A DNA stretch of 63,971 nt, counting the filler, from Octopus bimaculoides (taxonomy: Eukaryota), in assembly GCF_001194135.2 (NCBI RefSeq). It is 9 parts of 9 records of this genome, joined end to end, with 100 filler letters (N's around TTAATTAATTAA, not from the genome) between each part and the next. Parts side by side here need not be neighbours in the genome. Positions count along the whole stretch, not along the records: positions 15,853 to 26,689 come from NC_068981.1; positions 26,790 to 30,248 come from NC_069001.1; positions 30,349 to 35,405 come from NW_026396831.1; positions 35,506 to 42,282 come from NC_069009.1; 5 more parts are not named here. The stretch is one strand, 5' to 3'. How positions within the stretch are numbered: position 1 is the stretch's first letter; each line of letters opens with the position of its first letter. The position numbers and the translations under genes are program-made. Shown in pieces: positions 23,791-37,075 of this stretch. The notes under the pieces are model-generated. The model worked only from the letters and a program-made list of their open reading frames with translations. It was not told the origin of the DNA and did not search any database.

Positions 23791-25769
23791 GAGTCTTAAC
23801 TGATAATCACCTGGCGAACACACGCACGCACACGCACACATCTACACCCACACACACACGCGCACACACACACACACGCGCACACACACACATAGAAATA
23901 TAAATTCATACACACACACACGCACACATATTTATACATATATATATATGTAAGTATATATATATATATATATNNNNNNNNNNNNNNNNNNNNNNNNNNN
24001 NNNNNNNNNNNNNNNNNNNNNNNNNNNNNNNNNNNNNNNNNNNNNNNNNNNNNNNNNNNNNNNNNNNNNNNNNNNNNNNNNNNNNNNNNNNNNNNNNNNN
24101 NNNNNNNNNNNNNNNNNNNNNNNNNNNNNNNNNNNNNNNNNNNNNNNNNNNNNNNATATATATATATATACACACACATATACTCGAGGAGCTTTCAGTT
24201 TACGTCAGCCAAATACACGCACAAAGTAGACGGGAACTAAATGAAGACCCTCTTCATCTGACATCAACGCAGATGAGTAATGCTCCATAGAGATTAACGA
24301 GCTGAAATATGGTGCATATGGAAATGTTGATCCATGTTTTGGTTACGTGAGGAAGGATGTACAAAGTATGTAAAAATGTGAAGCACATTGTCTTTATTTA
24401 TAAAGGCACAAAGAAAATGTAATACTAAAGATGGATATGATGTTCGAATAAAAGAAAATATATTCAGATAGCAATTGGAAAAAAATCAATATTGATATCT
24501 CATACACTTGAAATGGTAAATCATATATACTAAAGTCTGTCATAATTAGTTGTTAACGAATGATCGCTTTAAAGGAGTTTACAGTAAATGAAAGGAAAAT
24601 TTATTCTAGTGAAATCTAATAAATGGCTTGGAAAATTAAGACAATATAGGCTGAAATAGTTGTCTTTTAAAGAAATGTGGGGATTTCAACGGTGGTGTTT
24701 GGTTGATTTTAATAACCTCAATAATTCCCGTCTCAAACTATACTTCAATGAAATCTAGTGGGCCAGATTAAGATTGCTAATATTTCTGATAGATATAGTC
24801 TGAGGAACACATAATAAATCTACATATATAGCGTCTAAAAGTGTAATATAGCTTAACATTTGATTAATTGCAATTACGCATATATTCACTTGGCAAAAAT
24901 AACATTTAGATATGTAGAAGTATATATACATATCTATTTGTATGAAGATAATTAAATAAAGTTGATTAAGTTAATTGTAGCAACAAAGTGCCTGCTTTTT
25001 ATTGCAGTGAGTTCTGACGTTTGTTTTCCAAACATCTACATTTCATCTACATTTTTATATTTCTAGGAAAACTAAATGTCAATTAAATTGTAAAATATTT
25101 CACAGTTAGCATTGCCATCTTTCCTTAGTTTCTGATTTATATTTAAACTCCAAGCTGCAAAAAAACAAAAAAAACAAAAACAAATTCTTTCACACTTATA
25201 TGTGAGTGCTAATACCAATTAACATATTGAACATATAATTGACATATTTAACATATAGTTTCTAATAACACCATGCAAAATTTCTACTGTAAGCCTGAAA
25301 TTTTACAGAAGGTTACTCAATTACATCGATCTCAGTGCTTCACTGGTAGTTATTTAATCGACCACGAAACTACGAAAGACAATGTGGACCTCAGTGGAAT
25401 TTGGATTCAGAGTGTAAAGACGCTCCAAATGCAGCTAAGCATTGTGTCAGGCGTGCTAAACGATTCTGCCAGCCCGTCATTTTCATAAACAAATGACTAC
25501 ATGTACACATATTGATTGAAAGTCAATAAATGTTTTCACACTTACATATTATACGAATCTTTCTATGAAAAACACTATTTGTACAAAACATGGCATATAA
25601 CAAAAAAAAAAAAAAAAAGACAACTATAGTTTTGAAATGAAATTGAAAACCAGTCTACAATCTCTCCGGAAAAAGAAATATGGATATCATTCTTCTCATT
25701 TTATACATGGACAACCTGCCTGACATTCATGAATAGCCAATGGAAAACCTCAAAACAAACAATATGGCA

Positions 25770-25945
25770 GTCGTTACGACACTAGCAACAATGATTTGTG
25801 GCATTCCGTCCGTCTTTAGCATTGATTTCAAATTATGCCGAGGTCCCCTTTCGGAGTCGATAACATAAATACTAGTCGAGCACTGGAGTCTATGTAATTG
25901 GTTTACCTCCTGAAATTTCTGGCCTTGTCCACAAATTTAAAACGA
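25770..25945 (+). mobile_element. SINE family B, diverged copy
   Basis: ttcaaattatgccgagg...tttcggagtcgataa...ggccttgtcc.caaattt. Confidence 0.55.
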
Positions 25946-26655
25946 TTTTTCCTCCAGTACTTAGTCTATCTCTAACACTTTCACATGATCAGTTCAAGGA
26001 AAAAATGAAAATCAAAAAAATAAAAAGAAAAGGAAAAAGAGGGTGAAGTGAAGAGTGAGAGAAGAACAGGGAAGGTGCTGTGTATTTAGTCTATAAAAAT
26101 GTGTATAAATTATATAAAGTGCATACATAAAGTACACTAAGTAATCATCGTACTGCAATTGCCCTCACCTTTCAATGATTAGCAAATGAGTGACTATCTT
26201 TTGGCACATGGGCTACGTTTTCAGGTATTTTGGATAAATTTCCAAAATAACCCAAAAATTTACTATTAATTCCGTGAAATATTCATGGATTGGGCTACTA
26301 TATATAAATATATATAATTTCAAAATATAAGCTTCGACGTGTAAGAAATGCGTATGATTCAAGCATTCCGTATTAGGTATAAGAAACAAATTTCAGGAAT
26401 TATGATTGGATATTGGCATAAAAGTTTGCTGGTTTTACTAATATCGAAGTTTGATATTCGCCAGAGCTGTAATCATAAATGAGTGATGAAGCCGGAAGAA
26501 CTGAGAGCCTACACTCTTAGCAATGTCTATGTATGTATGTATGTATGTATGTGTGTATGTATGCATGGTTGTATGTATCCATACATATAGGCATGCATAC
26601 ATTTTTATATATATGTGTGCGTGTATGTGTCTGTAAAAATGTATATGTATATATA

Positions 26656-26689
<34 letters not shown>

Positions 26690-26789
26690 NNNNNNNNNNN
26701 NNNNNNNNNNNNNNNNNNNNNNNNNNNNNNNNNTTAATTAATTAANNNNNNNNNNNNNNNNNNNNNNNNNNNNNNNNNNNNNNNNNNNN
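26690..26789. other. Synthetic scaffold-join spacer
   Basis: 44 N + TTAATTAATTAA + 44 N. Confidence 0.9.
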
Positions 26790-27439
26790 GAAAAGAAGAA
26801 AGACGTAAACAAGCAGAAAATATCTGTTGACAGGTTGAGATAATCCCGTCTTTGTTTCGTCTCAATGGGGAGCGAACTGAGCTGAACTAATTCATCTGCC
26901 AGTTAGAGTTTCTGAATAGTTTCTGTCCTACTCACAATCAACTATTGTTGCTGGTGTTGTTGTTGTTACCGTTGTTTCTTTTTGTTTTCTTCTAACAGCA
27001 ATTTCACTACCAAACACCCAACGTGTTGGCTTAAATCTGCAATTTCTTCATTTCTTTCGAACTGAAAAAGCTGTTGGAGAGAGAATAATTTTAAAAAATG
27101 GTGTATTCATGCAACTGTATTAAGTTAGTCTTTTCAGAACGAGATTAGAAAATATTTGCAGGTAAAGTGATCGGAGCGTGGCGACACGGTTAGCTGCTGC
27201 TACTGCTGCTGTTGTAGCTGCTGCTGCTGCTGTTGATGATGACGATAATGATTTTGATGATAATAATGATGATGGTGAGCCAAATCTGTGACAAGTACAC
27301 GCGTCCATTTTTGAAGATTTCGAGCTTCGTCTATTTCGATTTTGCCGTGTTGCCGCTATTCATTTATGAGAATGCTGGATTTCGCCAAGCTGACTTATAT
27401 CTATAGCATAAAGCCAACGAGGAAGAATTTAGTCGCTCG

Positions 27440-27919
27440 ATTTTCTAGTAATATCAGCTAAATATCCCGGACAAACTGAAATAGCCCTTGAGCTAGTTTA
27501 TCCTTGTCGAAATTCTTTGTACTTGGGCAGAAACTCAGTCCAAGCTCCAAGACAGAGATACCGTCGGGTGAAGGTTTTAGCTTAGATAAATTTATGACCG
27601 ACTTATTCTCTAGTGTGATGGATTTTCCTAGACAAGTGGTTTCCAGAGAGTTACTTTCATTAGATTCCTGACTACTTTTTGGGCTTTGCTCGAAATATTC
27701 ACTTAAAAGATGGAACCGATTGGGTGATAAAAATTGTTCTGAATGTTCATGCGAGAAGTCATAATTCTTAGTCGTCTTTCTACGAGTAATCCATTTCTGG
27801 GTGGGTGACTTCTTTGGTCTTTGTAGGCATTTAAAAAAACCTTTACTTTCGGGGTACAACTGGAATGCTTGCTGAACACAGGTGAATTTGATTAAGCTCC
27901 ACGTTAGGCTAAACAACAA
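27440..27919 (-). pseudogene. Penelope-like element ORF, N-terminal (pre-RT) fragment
   Basis: SVINLSKLKPSPDGISVLELGLSFCPSTKNFDKDKLAQGLFQFVR matches the VINLS...L..GLSFCP motif of PLE ORFs. Confidence 0.7.
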
Positions 27920-28754
27920 AAAGAATAACCCAGCTATGTTTTATGTGATCGCTCGATTCGACGCCATTCTTTTCTTAGGGTATCTCGATCAGGGTTGCTT
28001 TCATCCATTGTGTGTTCGAACCTCCTTTTTCAGTGAAACTTTGCTGTTACTGGTTTTTCTAGAAGCTTCTTCATTGTCTCGAGGTTCTACACACAAACAT
28101 AGAAAATGAATGTTCAGAACCAAGTGAGTCTTAAAAAGGAATCAGACGCAGATTATTTCCAACTCTATATCATCGTAACAGACAACCATAAAACAACAAA
28201 CGCTTATTTGTTTGTCGGCTGGTTAACATTTTATTTTTAAATTCTAAATGCAAATTTTTAAATATTCAAATTCCTGCAAGTATAATGAATAATTCCATAT
28301 TTCATTCATAATAATTTCTTGTTATTTGTTTTATTCTTTAAAATTTTTATTTGTTAAATTTTACTTAGTCTTACTTGACTAGCAAACAGTCGACTTCCTC
28401 TTTCAACAGCGGACATTTTTATCCGACATTAACTTGGCATTAAACGTGTCTAAAGAAGTATCTTCGTAATATTCTGCACATGATTTATAATTCAAAACTT
28501 TCTTTGTCTCTTACTTTTCAGACCTTGCTATTATTCGTATTATATTGCCTGTTGCTGTTGCCGTCAAAAAATTCAAATGTTTCTTTGTTTTCGCTTACAT
28601 TTTAAAATTTATTTTAATTAACCTGTTTAAATATATATTTTTCAATTTCCAAATTCCTTTGAAAATGTCATCGTTAACCTAAATCCATGCTTCTTACAAC
28701 AAAAACAACAACAACGACCGCAAAGATAATAATAATAATAATAATAATGGTTTC

Positions 28755-28980
28755 TAATTTTGGCACAAAGCCAAAAATTTCGGAGGACGGGATAAATCGA
28801 TTACTTCAACCCCAGTGTTCAACTGGTACTTATTTTATGGACTACGAAATGACGACAGGCAAAGTCGATCTCGGTGGAGTTTGAACTTAGAACGTAAACA
28901 CGGACGAAACACTGCTAAGCATTTCTGCCAGCTCGCTGCCATAATAATAAAAAGAATAATGATAATAATAATAATAATAA

Positions 28981-29013
<33 letters not shown>

Positions 29014-29135
29014 CCTCTCTTTTATAGGCAGAAGGCCTGAAATCTGTGGGGAGGAGACTTGTCGATTACATCGATCCCGGTGTTTCCTTAGTACTTAATT
29101 TATCGACCCCGAAAGGTAGGTAAAGTCGACCTCGC
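28755..29135 (-). mobile_element. Two family B SINE copies separated by (TAA)n
   Basis: Copies at about 28755-28940 and 29010-29135 match 51715-51913. Confidence 0.7.
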
Positions 29136-29145
29136 CGGAATTGGA

Positions 29146-29190
<45 letters not shown>

Positions 29191-30080
29191 CCTTTCTACT
29201 AAAGACACAAGGCTTGAAATTTTGAAACAAAAAACGCTAATCAATTCAGAATATATCAGTACAGGACACAGTACAGGGTTTTGCAGGAAGTTTTTGAGTT
29301 GTTAATGGATTCCTCAGAAGAGGTAGAGCAGTGTTCACGATCTTTTAAGGGCTTTTGACACTGGGTCCAAAAGGGGACAAATTATTCAGAGACTAAGAAA
29401 CGAGGCACCTCTTCCTGACGCTTGCGATAGAGTGAATTTCGCGAAAAGTACCCCAAGGGACACATGATAATATAAAACAAACACTAAGATGGATTAAGCC
29501 CAAGAATGGCAATAGCTCCCTCATAGGTTTCGAAACAGCTTCCATCTATGAAATTCCACTCACAATTCTTCGGCCGAGTCGAGGTTATGGTGGAACCCCA
29601 TCACCCGAAGTGCCGCGCAATAGTATCGAACGCGATATTTCGCTGTGCAAACGAATATTTTAAACACATAACTAAGGCAACGGCCCATGTTACAGCACCT
29701 TACCTCCACATGGAGCCTATTTACAACCCTGTAGACTGAGTGAAAAAAAACCCCCAATTAAATGACATGTCCTTGTACACAAATTAGTGCTTTTTCCATG
29801 ATTAGAAACCTTGATGCTTCCACTGAAATACATCTTAAAGAATTTACGATCTGAGACTCTCCATTGCTCTCTACCTCACGTTTCAAATAAAGAAATTATA
29901 CGTGGTTGCTAAATTTACTAGAAATAGCAACCAATTTGCTTCAGGTTGTATACTACCGTCTTAGAAATTGTAAACACTTTGTGATATGTAATTAGAAATA
30001 GTAAACAGACGAGGTGGTCACGCTAGAATGCCTTTGGTCATATGTCTGCTGGACCAGAGCCGACCGGGCGTTAAACAACG

Positions 30081-30128
<48 letters not shown>

Positions 30129-30248
30129 GTTTTATAAAGATGTTAACAAAAATTATTTGACCAGATTTCAATAATCAAATTCAATTCATGGCATTGCATG
30201 TGTTTGTATGTGTGAGTGTGTGTTTCTGTATGTCTGTGTATATATATG

Positions 30249-30348
30249 NNNNNNNNNNNNNNNNNNNNNNNNNNNNNNNNNNNNNNNNNNNNTTAATTAA
30301 TTAANNNNNNNNNNNNNNNNNNNNNNNNNNNNNNNNNNNNNNNNNNNN
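30249..30348. other. Synthetic scaffold-join spacer
   Basis: 44 N + TTAATTAATTAA + 44 N. Confidence 0.9.
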
Positions 30349-30384
30349 ATATATACATACATGCATACATACATACCTATATAC

Positions 30385-30520
30385 AGGCTCTGGCGTGTGG
30401 TAAGGAGCCTCCTTCCTAACCACATGGCCCCGGCCTCGGGTTCAGTCCTAGTACGTGGCACCTTGGGCCAGCATTTTGTGAGTGGATTTGGTAGACGGAG
30501 ACTGAAAGATGCCAGCCGAA
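30385..30520 (+). mobile_element. tRNA-derived SINE family A, 5' part
   Basis: tggcgtgtggtaag...gggttcagtcc (B box)...ggcaccttggg...gtgagtggatttggtagacgga.actgaaaga, followed by (CA)n. Confidence 0.75.
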
Positions 30521-30524
30521 TACA

Positions 30525-30569
<45 letters not shown>

Positions 30570-30777
30570 GCGTGCACATAGCAGTGTTATGACCAGTAGC
30601 AGAAAATGTAACAGAGTAGTAAAAACAACAGCAGCACCAAACAATAGAATAAATGTCACCAATGACAATAACATCAACACCATTTTGCTGACAATCTCCT
30701 TGTTAAGAAGAGGTAAGAGGCTCATTAAAATAAAACTAATTAATTAGCCTGTGGTCTCTAGCACTTTACTCTTATCA

Positions 30778-30816
<39 letters not shown>

Positions 30817-30871
30817 AGCATGATATACGTCCATTATCATAGTTTATTGTGTGAAGATGATATTGTTGGCC

Positions 30872-30926
<55 letters not shown>

Positions 30927-31639
30927 GTTGGTAGAAATGGCCTGTCCGTCGGGTTAGCATTGTCATTTTACAAGACAGACGATTCGTAGAACATAACTGT
31001 TTATTCTCCTTTGTTATGCCATTTTCCTATATATTTCATTCTATATAGAATTCTTTGTCTGTCTGTCTGTCTGTTCCCTATGCATTCTCAAACGGCTCTA
31101 CCAAATCAAATCAAATTTTACAAAGTAATAGTATTATATCCCACGAGTATCAACATGTAATTTGTATAACATCTCGAAAATAATTGTTCTATAGTCAGCT
31201 ATAGTAACGGACATTTTATACGACGACGACGACGACGACGTCACATTTTGTATATGAGTGTGTATGTGTCTGAGTGTTTGCGCATTCGTTACGTACGAGA
31301 TAGTAAAGGACATTTTATACCACGACGGCGATGACATTGATATATCTCTATCATTCTCTCTTCATTCTGTCAACCATTGTCTAGTGTTTACCGTTGTAAC
31401 GATGTCTGGTACCAAACAATTATTACAGCTACTTTCAGTGTTTACAACCAACACATAAACAAAATGCTAGAAAGGCTGAAAGGTCAAACAAAAACGCTGT
31501 ACCAGTGTATTTGTGTATCAGTAAATAACCATATCGTAGCGATTTCTGGTACCAAAAAGATTATTACAGCTACTTTCATTGTTTACAATCTGTACCGGTG
31601 TATTTCTGTATCAGTAAATAAACATGAGCAAATATTTCG

Positions 31640-31808
31640 TAAAGGACCCATTCATACCTCGGTGTGAAATAACTTTTTTCCACAGTTTTTTTCGAGTGCA
31701 TTCAACGTATCTGACCTCCAAACCCACCACAAGTCATTTTTTTCTGAAAAAGAAAATGGGGGAGGAGTCAAAAAATTATTTCACAGTGAAATATCGGCGG
31801 GTCCTTTA
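31640..31808. mobile_element. Kolobok-like MITE relic
   Basis: Degenerate ~32-bp TIRs TAAAGGACCC...TGTGAAATAA / TTATTTCACA...GGGTCCTTTA. Confidence 0.4.
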
Positions 31809-31838
31809 TCGCAAATTGCTATTACATGGTAGTAGGGC

Positions 31839-32370
31839 GTGCTAGAAAAAGCAATACTATCTACTCCAATTATGAAGAAAAGAAAGGATGAAACCAATAA
31901 ACAATCCACAGTCTGTCTACCCAATGTGAAAGACCTCTCTGAAAAGATACAAAAGATATGCGGCCCATATGACATCAGGACAGTATTCAAGAGTAATACA
32001 ACACTTCGTAAATATCTCCTTCGGGTAAAACCACCAATAGAAGAGAATATGACCAAAAACTACGTGTACTCCATCACATGCAGCTGTGGTAGGTTATACA
32101 AGGGCGAAACATGTCGTCCCCTCAAAATAAGGATAGAGGAACATCGCAAAGCTGTGACACGAGGAGATATTGATAAATCGGGTATAGCTGGTCATGTATG
32201 GGAAAATGGAGACCACCTCCCCCTGTGAGATGAAGTTAAAATAATAGACAGAGAACACCTGGAAAATACAAAAACTAAAAGAAGCAGCACATATGTTAGG
32301 ACACAACAACGTCCTAAGCAGACTGAGTGCAGATATGAGTAGCATGTGGGAACCGGTATTAAGGAAGGAT
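31839..32370 (+). pseudogene. Penelope-like GIY-YIG endonuclease fragment
   Basis: CLPNVKDLSEKIQK...IRTVFKSNTTLR...YVYSITCSCGRLYKGETCRPLKIRIEEH...SGIAGHVW. Stop at 32226-32228, then DEVKIIDRE. Confidence 0.85.
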
Positions 32371-32419
32371 AGGAACATATTAGATTTATAAGCCCTAAAA
32401 TCCAATCCATAATTGCCCA

Positions 32420-32480
32420 AGGGCATATGGCGTAGTGGTTAAGAGTGCGGACTACTAACCCCAAGTTTTCGATTTGAAGC
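32420..32480 (+). mobile_element. tRNA-like SINE head, truncated
   Basis: tggcgtagtggttaagagtgcggactac is A-box and D-arm-like. Confidence 0.45.
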
Positions 32481-32489
32481 CAGGAACAC

Positions 32490-33003
32490 ATGGTACAATC
32501 ATCGAGTCGAAAGAGTGCTGGAGTCAGAGAAATGTAAATTTTGTGGGACTCTCCTTTTCAAATGGACAAGAAACTGGAAAATAATAGACCGAATATAACA
32601 ATTATAGATAAAGAAAAGCGAAGTTGCTTGCTAATCGACCCATCATGCTCATTTAATTCCAGGATCGTAAAGAAAGAAGAAAAAAATAACAAAGAAAATA
32701 CAATCTCTAAAAATTTGAAATAGGAAGAATTTGGAGCATGCGAGCAGTAAAGGTCGTACCTGTAATAATTGGTGCGTTGGGAACCGTTTGGAAAGATATA
32801 GACAAATGTCTGAAGGAGATTGAAATAGAATGCTCGGTAGAGTTGCTATAGAAGGTTTGTCTGTTCGGGACAGCAAGGATTATCAGGAGGGTTCTAAGCA
32901 CTTGAAAGACAGCTAAAAACTTGTGGATACCTAAGTTTTCAGGTAGTTACCCGCTACCCACACAAATCTTACCAGGAATAAGACCAAACCAAAATAATAA
33001 TAA
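32490..33003 (+). pseudogene. R4/Dong-like LINE 3' end (restriction-like endonuclease plus 3' UTR)
   Basis: WYNH...WDSPFQMDKKLENNRPNITIIDK...LLIDPS...VVPVIIGALG...LFGTARIIRRVL*. Ends at a short AAT repeat. Confidence 0.8.
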
Positions 33004-33088
33004 AGAGAATGAAAGTGATGCCAATAGTAAATGGCGCGCTTGGAAGTGAAAGGGAAAGACTGCTCGTGGGACACAAATCCGCATCCCC

Positions 33089-33152
33089 TGTAGACATTGT
33101 AGAGTGCTTCTCAAGTCTACTGGAGATGTGGGTTCGAGTCCTATAGTCAGCC
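33089..33152 (+). pseudogene. Degenerate tRNA-like sequence
   Basis: T-arm gtgggTTCGAGTcctat, D-arm-like gtagagtgc, and a tctc/ggaga anticodon-like stem. Acceptor stem incomplete. Confidence 0.3.
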
Positions 33153-33284
33153 GTCCACTTTCTCTATTCAAACGAGTTTCTCAACCCAGTATTTGCATGG
33201 TTTGATTTATAGCTTTATTTGATTTGCTTCGAGAACCAATTCGCAAAAAAAAGAAAATCTATGTTCTCTCGAACGTTTATGCGT

Positions 33285-33316
<32 letters not shown>

Positions 33317-34267
33317 NNNNNNNNNNNNNNNNNNNNNNNNNNNNNNNNNNNNNNNNNNNNNNNNNNNNNNNNNNNNNNNNNNNNNNNNNNNNNNNNNNNN
33401 NNNNNNNNNNNNNNNNNNNNNNNNNNNNNNNNNNNNNNNNNNNNNNNNNNNNNNNNNNNNNNNNNNNNNNNNNNNNNNNNNNNNNNNNNNNNNNNNNNNN
33501 NNNNNNNNNNNNNNNNNNNNNNNNNNNNNNNNNNNNNNNNNNNNNNNNNNNNNNNNNNNNNNNNNNNNNNNNNNNNNNNNNNNNNNNNNNNNNNNNNNNN
33601 NNNNNNNNNNNNNNNNNNNNNNNNNNNNNNNNNNNNNNNNNNNNNNNNNNNNNNNNNNNNNNNNNNNNNNNNNNNNNNNNNNNNNNNNNNNNNNNNNNNN
33701 NNNNNNNNNNNNNNNNNNNNNNNNNNNNNNNNNNNNNNNNNNNNNNNNNNNNNNNNNNNNNNNNNNNNNNNNNNNNNNNNNNNNNNNNNNNNNNNNNNNN
33801 NNNNNNNNNNNNNNNNNNNNNNNNNNNNNNNNNNNNNNNNNNNNNNNNNNNNNNNNNNNNNNNNNNNNNNNNNNNNNNNNNNNNNNNNNNNNNNNNNNNN
33901 NNNNNNNNNNNNNNNNNNNNNNNNNNNNNNNNNNNNNNNNNNNNNNNNNNNNNNNNNNNNNNNNNNNNNNNNNNNNNNNNNNNNNNNNNNNNNNNNNNNN
34001 NNNNNNNNNNNNNNNNNNNNNNNNNNNNNNNNNNNNNNNNNNNNNNNNNNNNNNNNNNNNNNNNNNNNNNNNNNNNNNNNNNNNNNNNNNNNNNNNNNNN
34101 NNNNNNNNNNNNNNNNNNNNNNNNNNNNNNNNNNNNNNNNNNNNNNNNNNNNNNNNNNNNNNNNNNNNNNNNNNNNNNNNNNNNNNNNNNNNNNNNNNNN
34201 NNNNNNNNNNNNNNNNNNNNNNNNNNNNNNNNNNNNNNNNNNNNNNNNNNNNNNNNNNNNNNNNNNN

Positions 34268-34340
<73 letters not shown>

Positions 34341-34819
34341 GATAAGAATGAAAGTTAAAAGCACATATTAAGTTTTCGGAAAATTTCGTCATCAAGAGAG
34401 CAGTAAACGTTAATAAATCATTCGATATTTTCTACGTCGCTGAATCATTAACATATTAACGTTATAAGTAACTCTATCAATATTTTAGAGTAGCAAGGGA
34501 TTTACGCTGGCAGAATCGGTAGAGCGTTGGGTGGGGCAGTGTTCCGACTCTCGGATCGAGTCCCATCAATTTGCAGCTTTATTGCAATAAAATAAGGGCC
34601 ATTCAAGTACTGATATGGATTTAATCGATTATCTCCGTCAAAGTATTATGTTGCTTTGTACCTATATTAAAAATCAATATTTGACAGTATTTTAGATGGT
34701 GGTGGTCGTGGCCCTGGGAAAAGGATGCCTTCTTGGAGGGTTTCCTGTTTATAATTCTGGATCTCAAAGTTGAGAGGTGAAATTGCGCTGGGTCATTTTG
34801 AACGTTTCATCTCCCCAGG

Positions 34820-35125
34820 ACACTGACTCAACCGATGGAGAAAACTCTATAAAGTCACTCGCCATGCTAGAAATAGCAACAAAATATTCTTTCAAGAAAA
34901 ATTCTACTGTTCTCAAGAAAATGGCACATTGGATGATATAGTCTGAGATACATTGTGCCTGGAGAGGAAAATAAACAGTATAGTTATAGCTTGAACATCG
35001 TTTATTACGGGTTAACTCGTTCATAGAAGAATATAAAAAAACAGGATGGTCACACTCGGAATGACTTTGATAAGATGTCTGCTGGGCAACAACTGGCCTT
35101 GGGCTACACGTTAAGAACAACTCCA
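34820..35125 (+). mobile_element. SINE-like repeat family C copy
   Basis: gtcactcgccatgctagaaatagcaac...ggatggtcacact.ggaatg.ctttgat...gggct shared with 29920-30090. Confidence 0.45.
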
Positions 35126-35405
35126 TTAAGATGGTTTGTAAAATTATCTTTCATTGCAAATATCGAGATATCCAGGAAGATTATCAATAAGAATATCAAA
35201 TTTAACACTTCATTCTCAGATAGAAGACGCGCAAAGAATCTATATAGTTTAATGCGCATAGTAGAAAGACACAAGCTACTAACAGTTTCTTGCACTGGAG
35301 ACGCGAGTCAAGGCAGATTTTGATAAAGCGCCTTGTGTCTGCTTGGAGACACAAGGCGTGTTATATATATCAGCGCAAGCGTGGCTGTGATATATATATA
35401 TATAT

Positions 35406-35505
35406 NNNNNNNNNNNNNNNNNNNNNNNNNNNNNNNNNNNNNNNNNNNNTTAATTAATTAANNNNNNNNNNNNNNNNNNNNNNNNNNNNNNNNNNNNNNN
35501 NNNNN
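35406..35505. other. Synthetic scaffold-join spacer
   Basis: 44 N + TTAATTAATTAA + 44 N. Confidence 0.9.
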
Positions 35506-37075
35506 GCAATGCCCAGACACTGAACAAGGGCATGCAGAATGGTTTCATTACTCTGTTTGCACCTCGGACAAGTCCAGACTAGCCAGTTCATTCTTGTTGG
35601 TGCCCAGAGTCTCACCAAGAATGTTATAGAGGATTAATGGCAGGGAACTGCCATTAATCCTCTATAAATTTCTAAAGCAGAACATCCACCAATTGCACTG
35701 CCCAACTGGTAGAGGATTGTGAGTGCCTGATGACATTCTAGGTGCCAGTTTCCCTGTCTTGGTCTTTTCTTCACATAGGACTGCAGCTCCATCAAGGAGA
35801 CAAGCTGTGGAATGACGAACCCCACAAATGGAGCCCACACACACTCATCATCCAGAAATCGTTGCAGGTGGCATAGCCTAAGAGCGTGTCTGCGCATTAG
35901 GGGCCACGGCATACCTAATCCACCACTCAGAGGATGCTGGTAACAGACTGACCACCTGACCGTTGGAATGAGTCCCTTCCACAAGAATTTAAATAAGAGA
36001 TGCTCCAGCCTGGTCAAGCAGTAACTGGGACAAGGCACGATGGGCAGGTGATAAATAATAACAGAAGCAATGTAAGCATTTGCCATCTCTGCCTGACTTT
36101 TCAGGGACAGCTTTTTTTTCAACCCATTTCTAGCCACCCTATTCGCCACCTCATCCCAGTTCTTATCAACCTGGAGGTTGGGACCAAACCAAACCCTGGG
36201 CACTTGAGTACTTTAACTGGTTTGTCATTCCAGTATCCGACGCCACCATCCAATGGCATTGTCCTGCATCTCCAGGAGCCTAACTGCAAATCCACTGATT
36301 TGTTACCGTTGATTTTAGCCCCTGCAACCGGCTCATATTCCTTTAAGATGGTGCTGACTGTCTCTACTTTGGAGGCGTCCAACACCATGACAGTGATGTC
36401 ATCTGTGTATGCTGACACTGCCCTTCCTTGTCCAAGTTCGAAAGGGATGCTCCTTAGCTGTTCCAGCTTCCACAACAGTGACTCGAGTGCCAATACCTAT
36501 AAAAGAGGTGACAGTGGGCAGCCTTGATGGACCGAGCATGCAATGCAAAACAGCTCCAGTAGGTGGCTGTTTACTTTGACCACTGAACAGGTACTGCTGT
36601 GCATTGCAGCGATCCAGCCTCTGAAAACGGGTCCAAAACGGCCTGCTTTCAGCATGGCTTCTAAGTAACAATGGTTGACCCTATCGAATGCTTTTGATTA
36701 ATCCAAATTGATCAGAGCATCCCTCTGTGGTCCCAGCCCTCTCTATGACATATTGCATAAGGTGGAGGTTGTTGTGGATAGACATGCTCAGGATTGCACA
36801 TGTCTACACTTCTCCAGCCAGGCTACTGACAAGCACCAGCCTTTTCACTAACACCTTGGCAAAAATCTTAAACTCTATATCTAGCAGAGTTATGGGCTGA
36901 AAATTCCCTTGTGCATCTCCATTATCGGCGTCCTTTCTCAGCAGCATCACCACACCTCTGCTAACAGCACTAGGAATTCTCCCGTTCTGTTGCCAGTTGA
37001 AGTAGATATCTGCCAAGAGGTCTCCAAACAAATCTGGCATGAATGCATAGAATTCATAGGGCAGACCATCCAAAC
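35506..37075 (-). pseudogene. L1/Tx1-clade LINE reverse transcriptase, decayed
   Basis: DGLPYEFY; GNFQPITLLDIEFKIFAKVL; KAFDRVNH; SVHQGCPLSPLL; SAYTDDITV; AKINGNKS; FKFLWKG; GGLGMP. Confidence 0.88.

Noticed and set aside
24270-24320. Hammerhead-like CAGATGAG...GAGCTGAAA
   Set aside because: Core mismatch and stems not adjacent to the core; too degenerate to call.
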